Assembly: GCA_964521195.1 (NCBI GenBank)
Contig: CAZFRE010000001.1
Coordinates: 66,866-130,865, forward strand
Source: an uncultured Eubacteriales bacterium
Lineage (GTDB): Bacteria; Actinomycetota; Coriobacteriia; Anaerosomatales; JAAXUF01
Direction: 5' to 3'
DNA length: 64,000 bases
Both the position numbers and the translations under genes were made by a program. How positions within the stretch are numbered: position 1 is the stretch's first letter; the number at the start of each line of letters is the position of its first letter. The notes under the pieces are model-generated. The model saw only the letters and a list, made by a program, of their open reading frames with translations, did not search any database and was not told the origin of the DNA. Positions 1-8,811 of this stretch are shown here, one piece after another.

Positions 1-13
1 GACCCAGCCGTCG

Positions 14-727
14 ATGAGCATCTATAGCGAGGCGCTCCGAGACGGATGGGCCCTGCTCGCGTCCGGCACGCTCGATGTGTGGACGATCATTCTCACGTCG
101 CTGCGCGTCTCCGGTACCGCGGTGACTATCGCTCTCGCCGTGGGGCTACCGTTCGGGATCCTCTTGGGCGCGAAGCGCTTCGTCGGGCGCACCGTCGCGC
201 TCGTGGTGTTCAACGCCGGGATGGGGCTGCCGCCGGTGTTCGTGGGTCTCGTCGTGGCCATGACGTTGTCTCGCCGAGGGCCGCTGGGAGACCTATCACT
301 GCTGTACTCGCAGACCGCGATGGTGATCGCGCAGGTCATCATCGCGGTACCGGTCATCGTCGCCGTCACCGCGGCGGCCGTATCGGCCGTGCCGCGGGAC
401 CTTCGCCTGCAGGCGCTGTCGCTGGGAGCCCCGCCGTGGCGTCTCGCCGCGCTCACACTCTCTGAGGCGCGGGTAGGCCTGATCGCCGCGGTTGCGGCGG
501 GCTTCGGCGCGATCATCTCGGAGGTGGGAGCCGTGCAGATGGTGGGCGGCAACCTCGCCGGTGACACGCGCGTGATGACGACCGCCATCGTCGAGTTCAC
601 CCGCAAGGGCCAGTACGGGCCCGCGCTTGCGCTTGCGCTCGTGCTGATGGCGATCGTGGTGTTCGTCAACGTGGTCCTCGCGACGATGCAGACCTCGGCC
701 GACCGCTACGAGGCAGGTGCCCGATGA
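14..727 (+). CDS. tupB: ABC transporter permease, tungstate/molybdate (TupB-like), copy 1
   Basis: Polytopic 237-aa ORF, paralogous to the ORF at 4184-4888. Its stop overlaps the downstream ATPase start (ATGA). It sits in a W/Mo cofactor context next to a TupA-like protein. Confidence 0.7.
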   Translation: MSIYSEALRDGWALLASGTLDVWTIILTSLRVSGTAVTIALAVGLPFGILLGAKRFVGRTVALVVFNAGMGLPPVFVGLVVAMTLSRRGPLGDLSLLYSQTAMVIAQVIIAVPVIVAVTAAAVSAVPRDLRLQALSLGAPPWRLAALTLSEARVGLIAAVAAGFGAIISEVGAVQMVGGNLAGDTRVMTTAIVEFTRKGQYGPALALALVLMAIVVFVNVVLATMQTSADRYEAGAR

Positions 728-1821
728 GCGAGGCCCTGACCCTGAGCGCCTCCGGCATCCGAAAGGCGTACAAGCGCAGCGACTTCACGCTCGAGGTGTC
801 GTCGCTCGAGGTGCCCGCCGGGTCGACGCTCGCGCTCCTCGGCCCGAGTGGCTCGGGGAAGACGACGTTGCTGCACGTCCTGGGGCTGCTCGAGAAGCCG
901 GACGCGGGGCAGGTCTTCCTCGGCGGGCGCGCGGTCGAAGTCGAGGACCGGCAGGCGCGCCTCTCGATGGCGGGCGTGTTCCAACGCCCCTACCTCTTCA
1001 AGGGCACGGTCGCGGGCAATGTCGCTTACGGGTTGGCCATGCGCGGCGTCCCACGCGCGGAGCGGCCCGCGATGGTCGCCGAGGCGCTCAGGCGGGTCGG
1101 GCTTGAGGGCTACGAATCGCGCGGCGCGCACCAGCTGTCGGGCGGTGAGGCGCAGCGCGTCTCGCTCGCCCGCGCGCTCGTGCTCGAACCGAAGGTGCTT
1201 CTGCTCGACGAGCCGCTCGCGTCCCTCGACGCGCTCCTCAAGCGGAAGCTCGCGCAGGAGTTCGCGCGCATCGTGCGAGACGCCGACTCGACGGTGGTCT
1301 GGGTGACCCACGACCAGGACGAAGCGCTCATGGTCGCCGATGAGGTCGCGATCGTGAACGAGGGCAGGCTCGTTGCGTCGGGCCACGCCGACACGATCAT
1401 GGGGCTGCCGTCGGACGAGTGGACCGCGGCGTTCCTGGGGGTTGGTGCGCCGCAGCACGGGGTGGTCCGAGGCGTCGAGGACGGCCTCGTCACGATTTCG
1501 GCGGGTGGAGTCAGCATCTATGCGACGGGGCAGGCGCCCGCTGGCGGGCGTGTCGTCTTCTCCGTACGGCCCGAAGACGTTCTCCTGTTCGAGCCCGACG
1601 TGGTGCTTCCGCCGACAACAGCTCGCAATCGGCTCGTGGCGACGGTGACAAGCTCTGTCTCGAGAGGCGCGACCCATCATGTGGTGCTTGACGTCCATGG
1701 TGTCGAGATCGTGTCCTCGGTATCCAGGGCCGCCTCTCGCGAGCTCGGGATCCGTCCGGGAGCCGAAGTGCTCGCCGTGTTCAAGGCGTCGGCAGTGAGG
1801 TTCCGGGGCGCCGGGGACTGA
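724..1821 (+). CDS. tupC: ABC transporter ATP-binding protein with C-terminal TOBE/Mop-like domain (TupC-like), copy 1
   Basis: Walker A GPSGSGKTT, ABC signature LSGGEAQRV, Walker B LLLDEP. The C-terminal ~120 aa resemble the TOBE domains of molybdate/tungstate importers. Confidence 0.75.
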   Translation: MSEALTLSASGIRKAYKRSDFTLEVSSLEVPAGSTLALLGPSGSGKTTLLHVLGLLEKPDAGQVFLGGRAVEVEDRQARLSMAGVFQRPYLFKGTVAGNVAYGLAMRGVPRAERPAMVAEALRRVGLEGYESRGAHQLSGGEAQRVSLARALVLEPKVLLLDEPLASLDALLKRKLAQEFARIVRDADSTVVWVTHDQDEALMVADEVAIVNEGRLVASGHADTIMGLPSDEWTAAFLGVGAPQHGVVRGVEDGLVTISAGGVSIYATGQAPAGGRVVFSVRPEDVLLFEPDVVLPPTTARNRLVATVTSSVSRGATHHVVLDVHGVEIVSSVSRAASRELGIRPGAEVLAVFKASAVRFRGAGD

Positions 1822-1904
1822 ACCACCGGCTTTGGCCGCAGCCATCGGCACTCGCTTGTCCACGCCTACTTCGAGGGTTATGCTCAGACGCGCCCCTTCC
1901 ACAG

Positions 1905-2019
1905 GGGAGAGCGACTCCGATTCCGGATCGGCCTAAAGCGGCTGGCGCCTGCCATGGTCACCGGGACAGCAGGGTATCGAGGGAAACCTCGATGCCTCCC
2001 GTGCTTGGAAAGGAGACCC
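1905..2019 (+). promoter_or_regulatory. Moco/Tuco riboswitch-like element, copy A (SD-embedding)
   Basis: Carries the conserved blocks CUCCGA, GCCUA, a GAAA-capped hairpin (1976-1993), GCCUCCC (1994-2000) and GGAAAGGAG (2007-2015). Their order matches what I recall of the E. coli moaA Moco RNA (GCCUCCCGUAUCUGGAAAGG). The GGAAAGGAG block doubles as the SD for the ATG at 2022. Confidence 0.7.
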
Positions 2020-2021
2020 AT

Positions 2022-2744
2022 ATGCGCCAGTATCGCCCGCTGCCCGGCAGCAGCCGGGCACGGCGGATCGCCGCGTTTGCCGTGTTGGTTGTTGTCGCAA
2101 TCTCGGTCAGTGCCTGCAAGGCCAAAGACCGTGCGATCACCGAAATCGCGAGCGAACCCGTTTCGACAGGCACCGTTCAAGCGCAGCTCCCGGTGGATCC
2201 GAATACCATCGCCATCCCGAACGTCGAGACGACATTCCCCGCATCTGTGACGCCGACGGCGACTGGCGTGGGCGCAGGGACGGACCCCACTGGGGTCACC
2301 GAGAGTTTCGCCGAGGCGATCGCTCCTGACCCGGCCAAGCCCGGGAGTTGGTGGCCCAAGCGCGTCGGCCGCTTCGCTGACAACTTCAAGCCGCCCACGT
2401 GGTATCCGCGATGGCTGCCGAAAGGCTACAAGTTCGAATCCCTTGACCTCGTGGAGTTCGACGCGGGCCAGAGTGGTCTGGCGTGCGACATCGTGTTCCT
2501 CAACGGCGACAAGGTCCTGCAGTTCACCCAGGGCAGTCCCAAGAACCGCGACTACGAGATCGTCTCGGTGAAGACCGTCAAGTGGGGCGATTCGACCGCG
2601 TACGTCATGCATCAGGACCCGGCTGATACCAGCACTCCGATCATGATCGTGATGAACCAGGACGGGAATCTGTGCGAGCTTCAAGGCGACGCCTCTCAAG
2701 CCGTGCTCGAGAAGGTTGCGGCGAGTATGGAGGTCATCGAGTAG
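2022..2744 (+). CDS. Putative lipoprotein of unknown function (DUF4367/LolA-like flavour)
   Basis: ATG at 2022 lies 6 nt after AGGAG. Signal peptide plus lipobox (VAISVSAC). The upstream part of track ORF 1992-2744 overlaps the riboswitch and was trimmed. Confidence 0.6.
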   Translation: MRQYRPLPGSSRARRIAAFAVLVVVAISVSACKAKDRAITEIASEPVSTGTVQAQLPVDPNTIAIPNVETTFPASVTPTATGVGAGTDPTGVTESFAEAIAPDPAKPGSWWPKRVGRFADNFKPPTWYPRWLPKGYKFESLDLVEFDAGQSGLACDIVFLNGDKVLQFTQGSPKNRDYEIVSVKTVKWGDSTAYVMHQDPADTSTPIMIVMNQDGNLCELQGDASQAVLEKVAASMEVIE

Positions 2745-2764
2745 TGGTTTACCGCCGCGCTGGC

Positions 2765-2876
2765 GGCGTTGGCTCCGACTCCGGAACGGCCTACTGCAGG
2801 TGGCGCCTGCCACGGTCGCCGGAGCGTCAGGGTCGGGCGGGAAACCGCACGGCCTCCCGTAGTGGAAAGGGGAAGG
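2765..2876 (+). promoter_or_regulatory. Moco/Tuco riboswitch-like element, copy B (SD-embedding)
   Basis: Same conserved blocks as copy A: CUCCGA, GCCUA, a GAAA hairpin (2837-2848), GCCUCCC and GGAAAGG (2864-2870). It lies directly before the SD and the ATG at 2879. Confidence 0.7.
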
Positions 2877-2878
2877 AT

Positions 2879-4102
2879 ATGCGCCACAGGAAGGGGCTGC
2901 CCGGCACCCGGCGGATCGCGCTGGCAGCGTTTGCGGTGACGATCGCATGCGCGCTCGTCGCGCCCGCTCTCGCGAGTGCCGCAACGGTCCGCTCGACGCT
3001 CGTGCTCGGCACGACGTATCAGCTCAAGGCTAAGGGCGTGGTCATCAGCGGCCGCATGCCCTCGCGGCTGAAGGGCAAGAAGATCGGCGTGGAGATTCGC
3101 AAGCCGGGCCGTACGCACTGGGACCAGGTCATCGTCAAGTACGTCCAGAAGGACGGCACGTGGCGCACGACCTACACGCCGAAGCTGGGCGGCAAGTTCT
3201 ACATCCGCGCCCGCTACCTCGCAGGTAACACGCTCTCGCGCACCGCAACGCTGACTGTGAAGAAGGGCCCGGGCGTCAAGACGCAGATTCTCCTCGCATC
3301 GACGACGTCGACGAAGGACTCAGGGCTGTTCGAGCGCATCGGGCCGGCATTCCTGGCCGCATGCCCCGAGTACACGCTCAAGGCGACGTTCGTCGGCTCA
3401 GGTGCTGCAATCGCGCTCGGCGGTTCGGGTGACGCGGATGCGCTCCTCACGCACAGCCCCGCTGCCGAGGTCAAGTTCATGAACGGCTACGTGGCCAGTG
3501 GTACCACGTGGACGCCTTCGCCCTACCGCGGGCTGCGTCGCTACAAGGTCATGTACAACGACTACATCCTTGTCGGCCCGACCGCCAACCCTGCCGGTGT
3601 TGTGAACAGCACCGCCTCCGGCAGCACCAATGCCGCGTTCCAGGCGATCGCCACCGCCGGTTCCACCTTCTGGTCACGCAACGATGGCAGCGGCACGAAC
3701 TCCAAGGAGAAGGCGATCTGGGCAGCCATCGGCAACCCGCAGACCGGTCAGCCGTGGTACAAGGCATCGGGGACCATGGGTATGGCCCAGGCGCTTGCCA
3801 CAGCAAATGACGCCGGTACTTCCGGCTACACGCTCGCCGATCGCGCGACGTGGCTCAACGCCAAGTCGCTCGGCATCGTCCCGAACCTCAAGATCGTCGA
3901 GGAGAAGGACTCGAGCGGAGTGCTGTTCAACCAGTACGCGGTCATCGAGGTCAAGGGTGCCCGCAACAAAGAGGGTGCGCAGGACTTCGCGAACTGGATC
4001 ACGTCTTCTGCCGAGGGGCAGAAGCTCATCGAGACCTACGGTGAGTACACCTATCCGGGCGAGGTCATGTTCGTTCCCAACGCAGGACCGTACCCCTGGT
4101 AG
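2879..4102 (+). CDS. tupA: Tungstate ABC substrate-binding protein (TupA-like) with ~130-aa N-terminal extra domain
   Basis: Signal peptide after the ATG at 2879. The C-terminal PBP domain carries the TupA-type anion motif (ASTTSTKDSGL). The track ORF start at 2672 was rejected because it covers the riboswitch. Confidence 0.7.
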   Translation: MRHRKGLPGTRRIALAAFAVTIACALVAPALASAATVRSTLVLGTTYQLKAKGVVISGRMPSRLKGKKIGVEIRKPGRTHWDQVIVKYVQKDGTWRTTYTPKLGGKFYIRARYLAGNTLSRTATLTVKKGPGVKTQILLASTTSTKDSGLFERIGPAFLAACPEYTLKATFVGSGAAIALGGSGDADALLTHSPAAEVKFMNGYVASGTTWTPSPYRGLRRYKVMYNDYILVGPTANPAGVVNSTASGSTNAAFQAIATAGSTFWSRNDGSGTNSKEKAIWAAIGNPQTGQPWYKASGTMGMAQALATANDAGTSGYTLADRATWLNAKSLGIVPNLKIVEEKDSSGVLFNQYAVIEVKGARNKEGAQDFANWITSSAEGQKLIETYGEYTYPGEVMFVPNAGPYPW

Positions 4103-4118
4103 TCTGACGCGCTAGTAT

Positions 4119-4154
4119 CGGCCCGGCGGTTCACCCCCGCGAACCGCCGGGCCG
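4119..4154 (+). terminator. GC-rich intergenic hairpin between tupA and tupB2 (attenuator/terminator candidate)
   Basis: Perfect 14-nt inverted repeat CGGCCCGGCGGTTC / GAACCGCCGGGCCG with an 8-nt loop. No U-tract follows. Confidence 0.35.
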
Positions 4155-4183
4155 GTCCGCGCTCGGAACAGGAGCAGGAGATC

Positions 4184-4888
4184 ATGCAGATCTACATCGA
4201 TGCGGCCGTCAATGCGTTTCAGCTGATGACGAGTGCCGATCCGACGGTGTGGGAAGTCATCATCCTGTCTTTGGTGGTCTCGGGTTCGGCGATCTGCATC
4301 GCCACGGCGATCGGTGTTCCTCTGGGATACCTGCTCGGCATGAGCCGGTTCGCCGGCCGTGGCGTCATCATCCTGCTCGTGAACACGGCAATGGGATTCC
4401 CGCCTGTGGTCATTGGGCTCTTCGTGTACATGGCGCTGTCACGCAGCGGACCGTTAGGCGGGCTCGAGTGGCTGTTCACGCCGCAGGGCATGATCCTCGC
4501 CCAGGTCATCCTGGCGTCGCCGCTCGTGGTCGGCGTCTCGGCGGCTGCGATATCGGCCGTGCCGCGAGATCTGCGACTGCAGTTGCGCGCGTTGGGGGCT
4601 TCGGGCCTTCAAGAGGGTCGCGAGGTGCTCAAGGAAGCCCGGGGCGGCGTGATCGTGTCGGTGATCGCGGGCTTCGGCGCGATCATCTCCGAGGTGGGGG
4701 CGGTGTCGATCGTCGGCGGCGGCATCGAGGGCTACACCGATGTCATGACCACTGCGATCATGGCGCACGTGCGCCGAGGAGAGCTCCCGGCGGCGATGTC
4801 GTGGGCGATGGTGCTCATGGGCATCGCGCTCATGGTCAACGTGGCGCTCACGACGATGCAGAGTACCGGTACCGCGTATGAGCGCTGA
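4184..4888 (+). CDS. tupB: ABC transporter permease, tungstate/molybdate (TupB-like), copy 2
   Basis: 234 aa, colinear paralog of the ORF at 14-727. Shared blocks include SAVPRDLRLQ and AGFGAIISEVGAV. Confidence 0.7.
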   Translation: MQIYIDAAVNAFQLMTSADPTVWEVIILSLVVSGSAICIATAIGVPLGYLLGMSRFAGRGVIILLVNTAMGFPPVVIGLFVYMALSRSGPLGGLEWLFTPQGMILAQVILASPLVVGVSAAAISAVPRDLRLQLRALGASGLQEGREVLKEARGGVIVSVIAGFGAIISEVGAVSIVGGGIEGYTDVMTTAIMAHVRRGELPAAMSWAMVLMGIALMVNVALTTMQSTGTAYER

Positions 4889-6029
4889 TCCGAAGGTGCA
4901 GGATACGCCCAGCCCATCGGGCGCCACGGTGCGCGCCGAGGCCGTCAAGGTCATCTACCGCAAGAAGACCGTTCTCGACGTCGGGTCCGTATCGCTCCGA
5001 ACCGGCGAGACATTCGTGCTGCTCGGAGCTTCAGGGGCCGGCAAGTCGACGCTCCTGCGAGTGCTCGGACTTCTCGAGAAGCCCTCGGAGGGACAGGTGT
5101 TCTTCGAGGGCCGTCCTGCGAACCGCAACAACCTCGCAATCCGCCGCCAGATCGCGGCGGTGTTCCAGAAGCCCTACCTGCTGCGCGGGACTGTCGGACA
5201 GAACGTCGACTACGGGTTGCGCCTGCGCCACATGGGTGCCCGCGAGCGAGTGACCGCCGTCGCCGATGCGCTCGATCGTGTCGGACTCGCGGGGTGGGAG
5301 GACCGGTCGGCGCTCACGCTCTCGGGAGGCGAGGCACAGCGGGTCGCACTCGCCCGCGCACTCGTCCTCAAGCCCCGGCTGCTCCTGCTCGACGAGCCGC
5401 TCTCATACCTCGATCCCATGCTCAAACGCCAACTCAGCCTGGAGTTCGCGCGGATCCTCGCAGACGAGGGCGTGACGGCGCTCTACGTCACGCACGATCA
5501 AGACGAGGCAGCCGTCGTCGCGGACCGGATCGGTGTCATGCGCGAGGGCCGGATCATTGCCGAGGGCGCGCCGGAAGCGGTGCTCACCTTGCCGCGCGAC
5601 CCGTGGGTCGCGGCGTTTCTCGGGACGGTCACGCCAATCGACGGGATTATCTCCTCAGCCGAGAACGGTGTCGCCCGTGTCGACTGCGCCGGCACGCCCG
5701 TCTTCGCCGCCACCGAGCTGCCGGTCGGCACACGCGTCTCGCTCGGGATTCGTCCCGAGGATGTGCTGCTGTTCGAGCCCGATGTTCCGCTCCCTGCGAC
5801 CTCGGCCCGGAATCGTATCGTCGCGACCGTGACAGACATCGTGCCGTCCGGAGTGACCGTGAAAGTGCTGCTTGCGATAGGCGAGGCCACCATCGCATCT
5901 TCGGTTTCGCGTTCGTCGGTCGAGACGCTGGGGCTTGCGCCTGGTGTGCAGGTGAGTGCCGTCTTCAAGGCCACCGCCGTACGGCTCTTGCCGGGTGCAA
6001 GCGCGACTGACTCGTCTGCTCTCATCTGA
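4878..6029 (+). CDS. tupC: ABC transporter ATP-binding protein with TOBE-like C-terminus (TupC-like), copy 2
   Basis: Walker A GASGAGKST, signature LSGGEAQRV, Walker B LLLDEP. Paralog of the ORF at 724-1821. Confidence 0.75.
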   Translation: MSADPKVQDTPSPSGATVRAEAVKVIYRKKTVLDVGSVSLRTGETFVLLGASGAGKSTLLRVLGLLEKPSEGQVFFEGRPANRNNLAIRRQIAAVFQKPYLLRGTVGQNVDYGLRLRHMGARERVTAVADALDRVGLAGWEDRSALTLSGGEAQRVALARALVLKPRLLLLDEPLSYLDPMLKRQLSLEFARILADEGVTALYVTHDQDEAAVVADRIGVMREGRIIAEGAPEAVLTLPRDPWVAAFLGTVTPIDGIISSAENGVARVDCAGTPVFAATELPVGTRVSLGIRPEDVLLFEPDVPLPATSARNRIVATVTDIVPSGVTVKVLLAIGEATIASSVSRSSVETLGLAPGVQVSAVFKATAVRLLPGASATDSSALI

Positions 6030-6092
6030 CCCGCGCGCCGGCCTTCCGGCGCCCGACGGGTACACTGGACCCGAGGGGCCTGGTCGGCTAGG

Positions 6093-7547
6093 TTGCCGAC
6101 GGACAGTCCACGGCCGAAGGACCATATCGTGACGACACCTCCCACATCGCGCCTCCCGATTACCGCCGCAGTCCTCGCGGGCGGGCGCTCCTTGCGCATG
6201 GGCGTCGACAAGACGCTGCTCGACGTCGAGGGCCAGCCGCTCGTGGTGCGCGTCGCCGAGGCGGTCGGCGCGGTCTGCGAGCACACGCTTGTCGTGACCA
6301 ACCGCCCCGAAGCGCTCGCCGTGGCGGGTCTCTCGGCGGACGTGCGCGTGTTGCAGGACGAGGTCGCGTACCAGGGGCCGCTCGGCGGGCTCGTCACCGC
6401 GCTGGCCGAGGCGCCCGACGAGTGGATGCTCGCCGTCGCTGCGGACATGCCGCACCTGACGCCCGCCGTCATCACCGCGCTGTGGGAGTTGCGCGACGAT
6501 GCCGACGCCGTGGTGCCCGTGACCGAGAAGGGGCTCGAGCCGCTGCTCGCGCTCTACCGCGTAGAGGCGTGTCTGCCGGCCGCGCGCGAGATCCTCGCGA
6601 CCGGACGCCGCCGGCCCGTCGCGGTTTTCGGCCGCGTGAAGACCGTGCAGGTCCCGGCCGAGGCGCTGCGCTCGGTCGACCCCAACCTGCGCTCGCTCAT
6701 CAACGTGAACACTCCGGCCGACCTGCTCGACGCGCGCGAGAGCGCCGGCGACGAGCCGCGCTACGTGCGTGGTGGCGTGAAGCTCGAGGTCATGGAGGTC
6801 TCCAGCCGCCGCTCCACCCGCTCGATGCCGAGCGAGACGCCGGTCACCATCCACCTCAACGACCGCGAGATCGCGACCACGCAGGCCACGCCGAGCGACC
6901 TCGAAGACCTGGCCGCGGGCTTCCTGCTCTCGGAGGGGCTCCTCACCGACCGCGACGCGCTCACCTCGATCGACGTCGATGTGAAGCGCGGCATGGTGTG
7001 GGTCACCTCGGCTGAGGACCTTGGGAGCGACATCGGCGAGCGGACGCGCTACCTCACGAGCGGCTGCGGCCGCGGCGTGACGTTCGCGAGCGTCGCCGAC
7101 GCCCGCGGGCTTTCCCCGATCGACTCGGCGATGCGCGTGAGCGCCGATGAGATCTACGACCTCGTCGGCGAGATGGCGCGGCGGGCGGCGATGTATCGCG
7201 ACAGCGGCGGCGTGCACGCGTGCGGGCTCGCGCGCGGAGGCACGCTCGAGATCGTGCGCGAAGACGTGGGCCGCCACAACGCGCTCGACAAGGTGCTCGG
7301 GCGCGCGTGGCTCGACCGCATTCCCACGAGCGAGGCGATCCTGCTCTCGACGGGACGGCTCTCCTACGAGATGACGGTCAAGGCCGCCAAGTCGCGCGTG
7401 CCGATCGCGGTCTCGCGCAGCGCCGTCACCGACCTGGCCGCCGACATCGCGAGCGAGCTCGGCATCACGCTCGTGGGCTACGCGCGCGGCGGCAAGCTCA
7501 CCGTCTACACCGGTTCTGAGCGCATCACAACCGCCGAGGAGGCGTGA
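6093..7547 (+). CDS. fdhD: Fusion protein: MobA-like molybdenum cofactor guanylyltransferase (N) + FdhD-like formate dehydrogenase sulfurtransferase (C)
   Basis: N-terminus has the MobA motif LAGGRSLRMGVDK. C-terminus has the FdhD-type blocks SGCGRG, GGVHACGL and VGRHNALDKVLG. The start may instead be the GTG at 6129, which has a better SD (GAAGGA). Confidence 0.7.
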   Translation: MPTDSPRPKDHIVTTPPTSRLPITAAVLAGGRSLRMGVDKTLLDVEGQPLVVRVAEAVGAVCEHTLVVTNRPEALAVAGLSADVRVLQDEVAYQGPLGGLVTALAEAPDEWMLAVAADMPHLTPAVITALWELRDDADAVVPVTEKGLEPLLALYRVEACLPAAREILATGRRRPVAVFGRVKTVQVPAEALRSVDPNLRSLINVNTPADLLDARESAGDEPRYVRGGVKLEVMEVSSRRSTRSMPSETPVTIHLNDREIATTQATPSDLEDLAAGFLLSEGLLTDRDALTSIDVDVKRGMVWVTSAEDLGSDIGERTRYLTSGCGRGVTFASVADARGLSPIDSAMRVSADEIYDLVGEMARRAAMYRDSGGVHACGLARGGTLEIVREDVGRHNALDKVLGRAWLDRIPTSEAILLSTGRLSYEMTVKAAKSRVPIAVSRSAVTDLAADIASELGITLVGYARGGKLTVYTGSERITTAEEA

Positions 7548-7551
7548 CGCA

Positions 7552-8811
7552 ATGCCAGAGACGATGACCGTCGAGCAGGCTCTCGGGCTCGTGCTCGGTT
7601 TCGTGAAGCCGATGCCGGTCGAGCGAGTTCCGCTGCTCGACGCGCTCGGCCGGGTGCTCGCCGAAGACGCCACGAGCGACATCGATGTGGCGCCCTTCGA
7701 CAACTCGGCGATGGACGGCTTCGCGGTGCGTGCCGCCGACCTTGCCGGCGCGAGCGACCTGACCCCGCGCGAACTCGACGTCATCGCACACATCGCGGCC
7801 GGTGACGACGTGGCCGGCATCGAGGTCGGCCCCGGTCAGGCCGCTCGCATCATGACCGGCGCGGCGGCGCCTGCCGGCGCGGACGCCGTCGTGATGGTGG
7901 AGCTCACGAGCGTGGTCGCCGGCGACGGCGGCACCGGCTCGCGCGTCGCGTTCGTGGTCGAGCCGCGCGACGGCGAGCACATCCGCCGTCGCGGCGAGGA
8001 GGTGCGGGCGGGCGACATCGTGATCTCGGCGGGCGAACTGCTCGGCCCGGCGGGTATCGGGCTGCTCGCGTCCACCGGGCACGACACCGTTCCGGTGTAT
8101 GTGCGCCCCCGTGTCGCCGTGCTCTCGACCGGAAGCGAGCTCGTCGAGGTCGCCGAGAAGCCCGGTCCGGGCAAGATCCGCAACTCCAACAGCTACTCGA
8201 TCGCCGCTCAGGTGCTCGCGGCCGGCGGCGTGCCGGTGCGCTACGGCATCGTGCCCGACGACATGGATGCGACGCACGCCGCGTTCGAGCTGGCCGCTGA
8301 CGAGTGCGACTTCATCCTCACGAGCGGTGGCGTCTCGGTAGGCGACTTCGACTTCGTCAAGCCGGTGCTCGAAGAGCTGGGGCAGCTGACCTTCTGCAAG
8401 GTGAAGATGCGTCCGGGCAACCCGCAGACGCTCGGCACCATCCAGGGCGTGCCGTTCTTCGGGCTGCCGGGGAATCCCACGAGCACGTACGTCGGGTTCG
8501 AGATATTCGTGCGGCCGGCGCTTAGGATGATGCAAGGTTTCTCGGAGCTGAAGCGGCCGGTCACGATGGCACGCCTCTCGCACGATGTGAAGAAGAAGCA
8601 AGATCGCAGGTACTACCTGCGTGGACGTTGTGAACGTGCAGCAGACGGTGCCGGGTTCGAGGCGTCCCTTTCCGGGAGCCAGTCATCGGCGCTCCTGACC
8701 GCTGCGCACCGTGGCAACTGTTTCGTGGTTCTACCCGAAGGTGATGGTCTGTTCGCCGCCGGCACGCTCGTAGAGTGCGTCCGGCTCGATATGGAGGAGG
8801 GCACGCCGTGA
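7552..8811 (+). CDS. moeA: Molybdopterin molybdenum/tungsten transferase MoeA
   Basis: 419 aa with typical MoeA blocks (PFDNSAMDGFAV, TGGVSVGDFD, GLPGNPTS). Confidence 0.85.
   Translation: MPETMTVEQALGLVLGFVKPMPVERVPLLDALGRVLAEDATSDIDVAPFDNSAMDGFAVRAADLAGASDLTPRELDVIAHIAAGDDVAGIEVGPGQAARIMTGAAAPAGADAVVMVELTSVVAGDGGTGSRVAFVVEPRDGEHIRRRGEEVRAGDIVISAGELLGPAGIGLLASTGHDTVPVYVRPRVAVLSTGSELVEVAEKPGPGKIRNSNSYSIAAQVLAAGGVPVRYGIVPDDMDATHAAFELAADECDFILTSGGVSVGDFDFVKPVLEELGQLTFCKVKMRPGNPQTLGTIQGVPFFGLPGNPTSTYVGFEIFVRPALRMMQGFSELKRPVTMARLSHDVKKKQDRRYYLRGRCERAADGAGFEASLSGSQSSALLTAAHRGNCFVVLPEGDGLFAAGTLVECVRLDMEEGTP

Noticed and set aside
2672-2878. N-terminal 69 codons of track ORF 2672-4102. The same applies to 1992-2021 of the preceding ORF.
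   Set aside because: They overlap the riboswitch-like elements and the preceding gene, and are Arg/Gly-rich. Proper SD/ATG pairs followed by signal peptides occur at 2879 and 2022.
5655-7820. 721-aa minus-strand ORF antisense to tupC2 and mobA-fdhD.
   Set aside because: Arg/Ala/Gly/Asp-rich composition with no motifs, fully antisense to ORFs with strong family signatures. This is the typical long antisense frame of GC-rich DNA.
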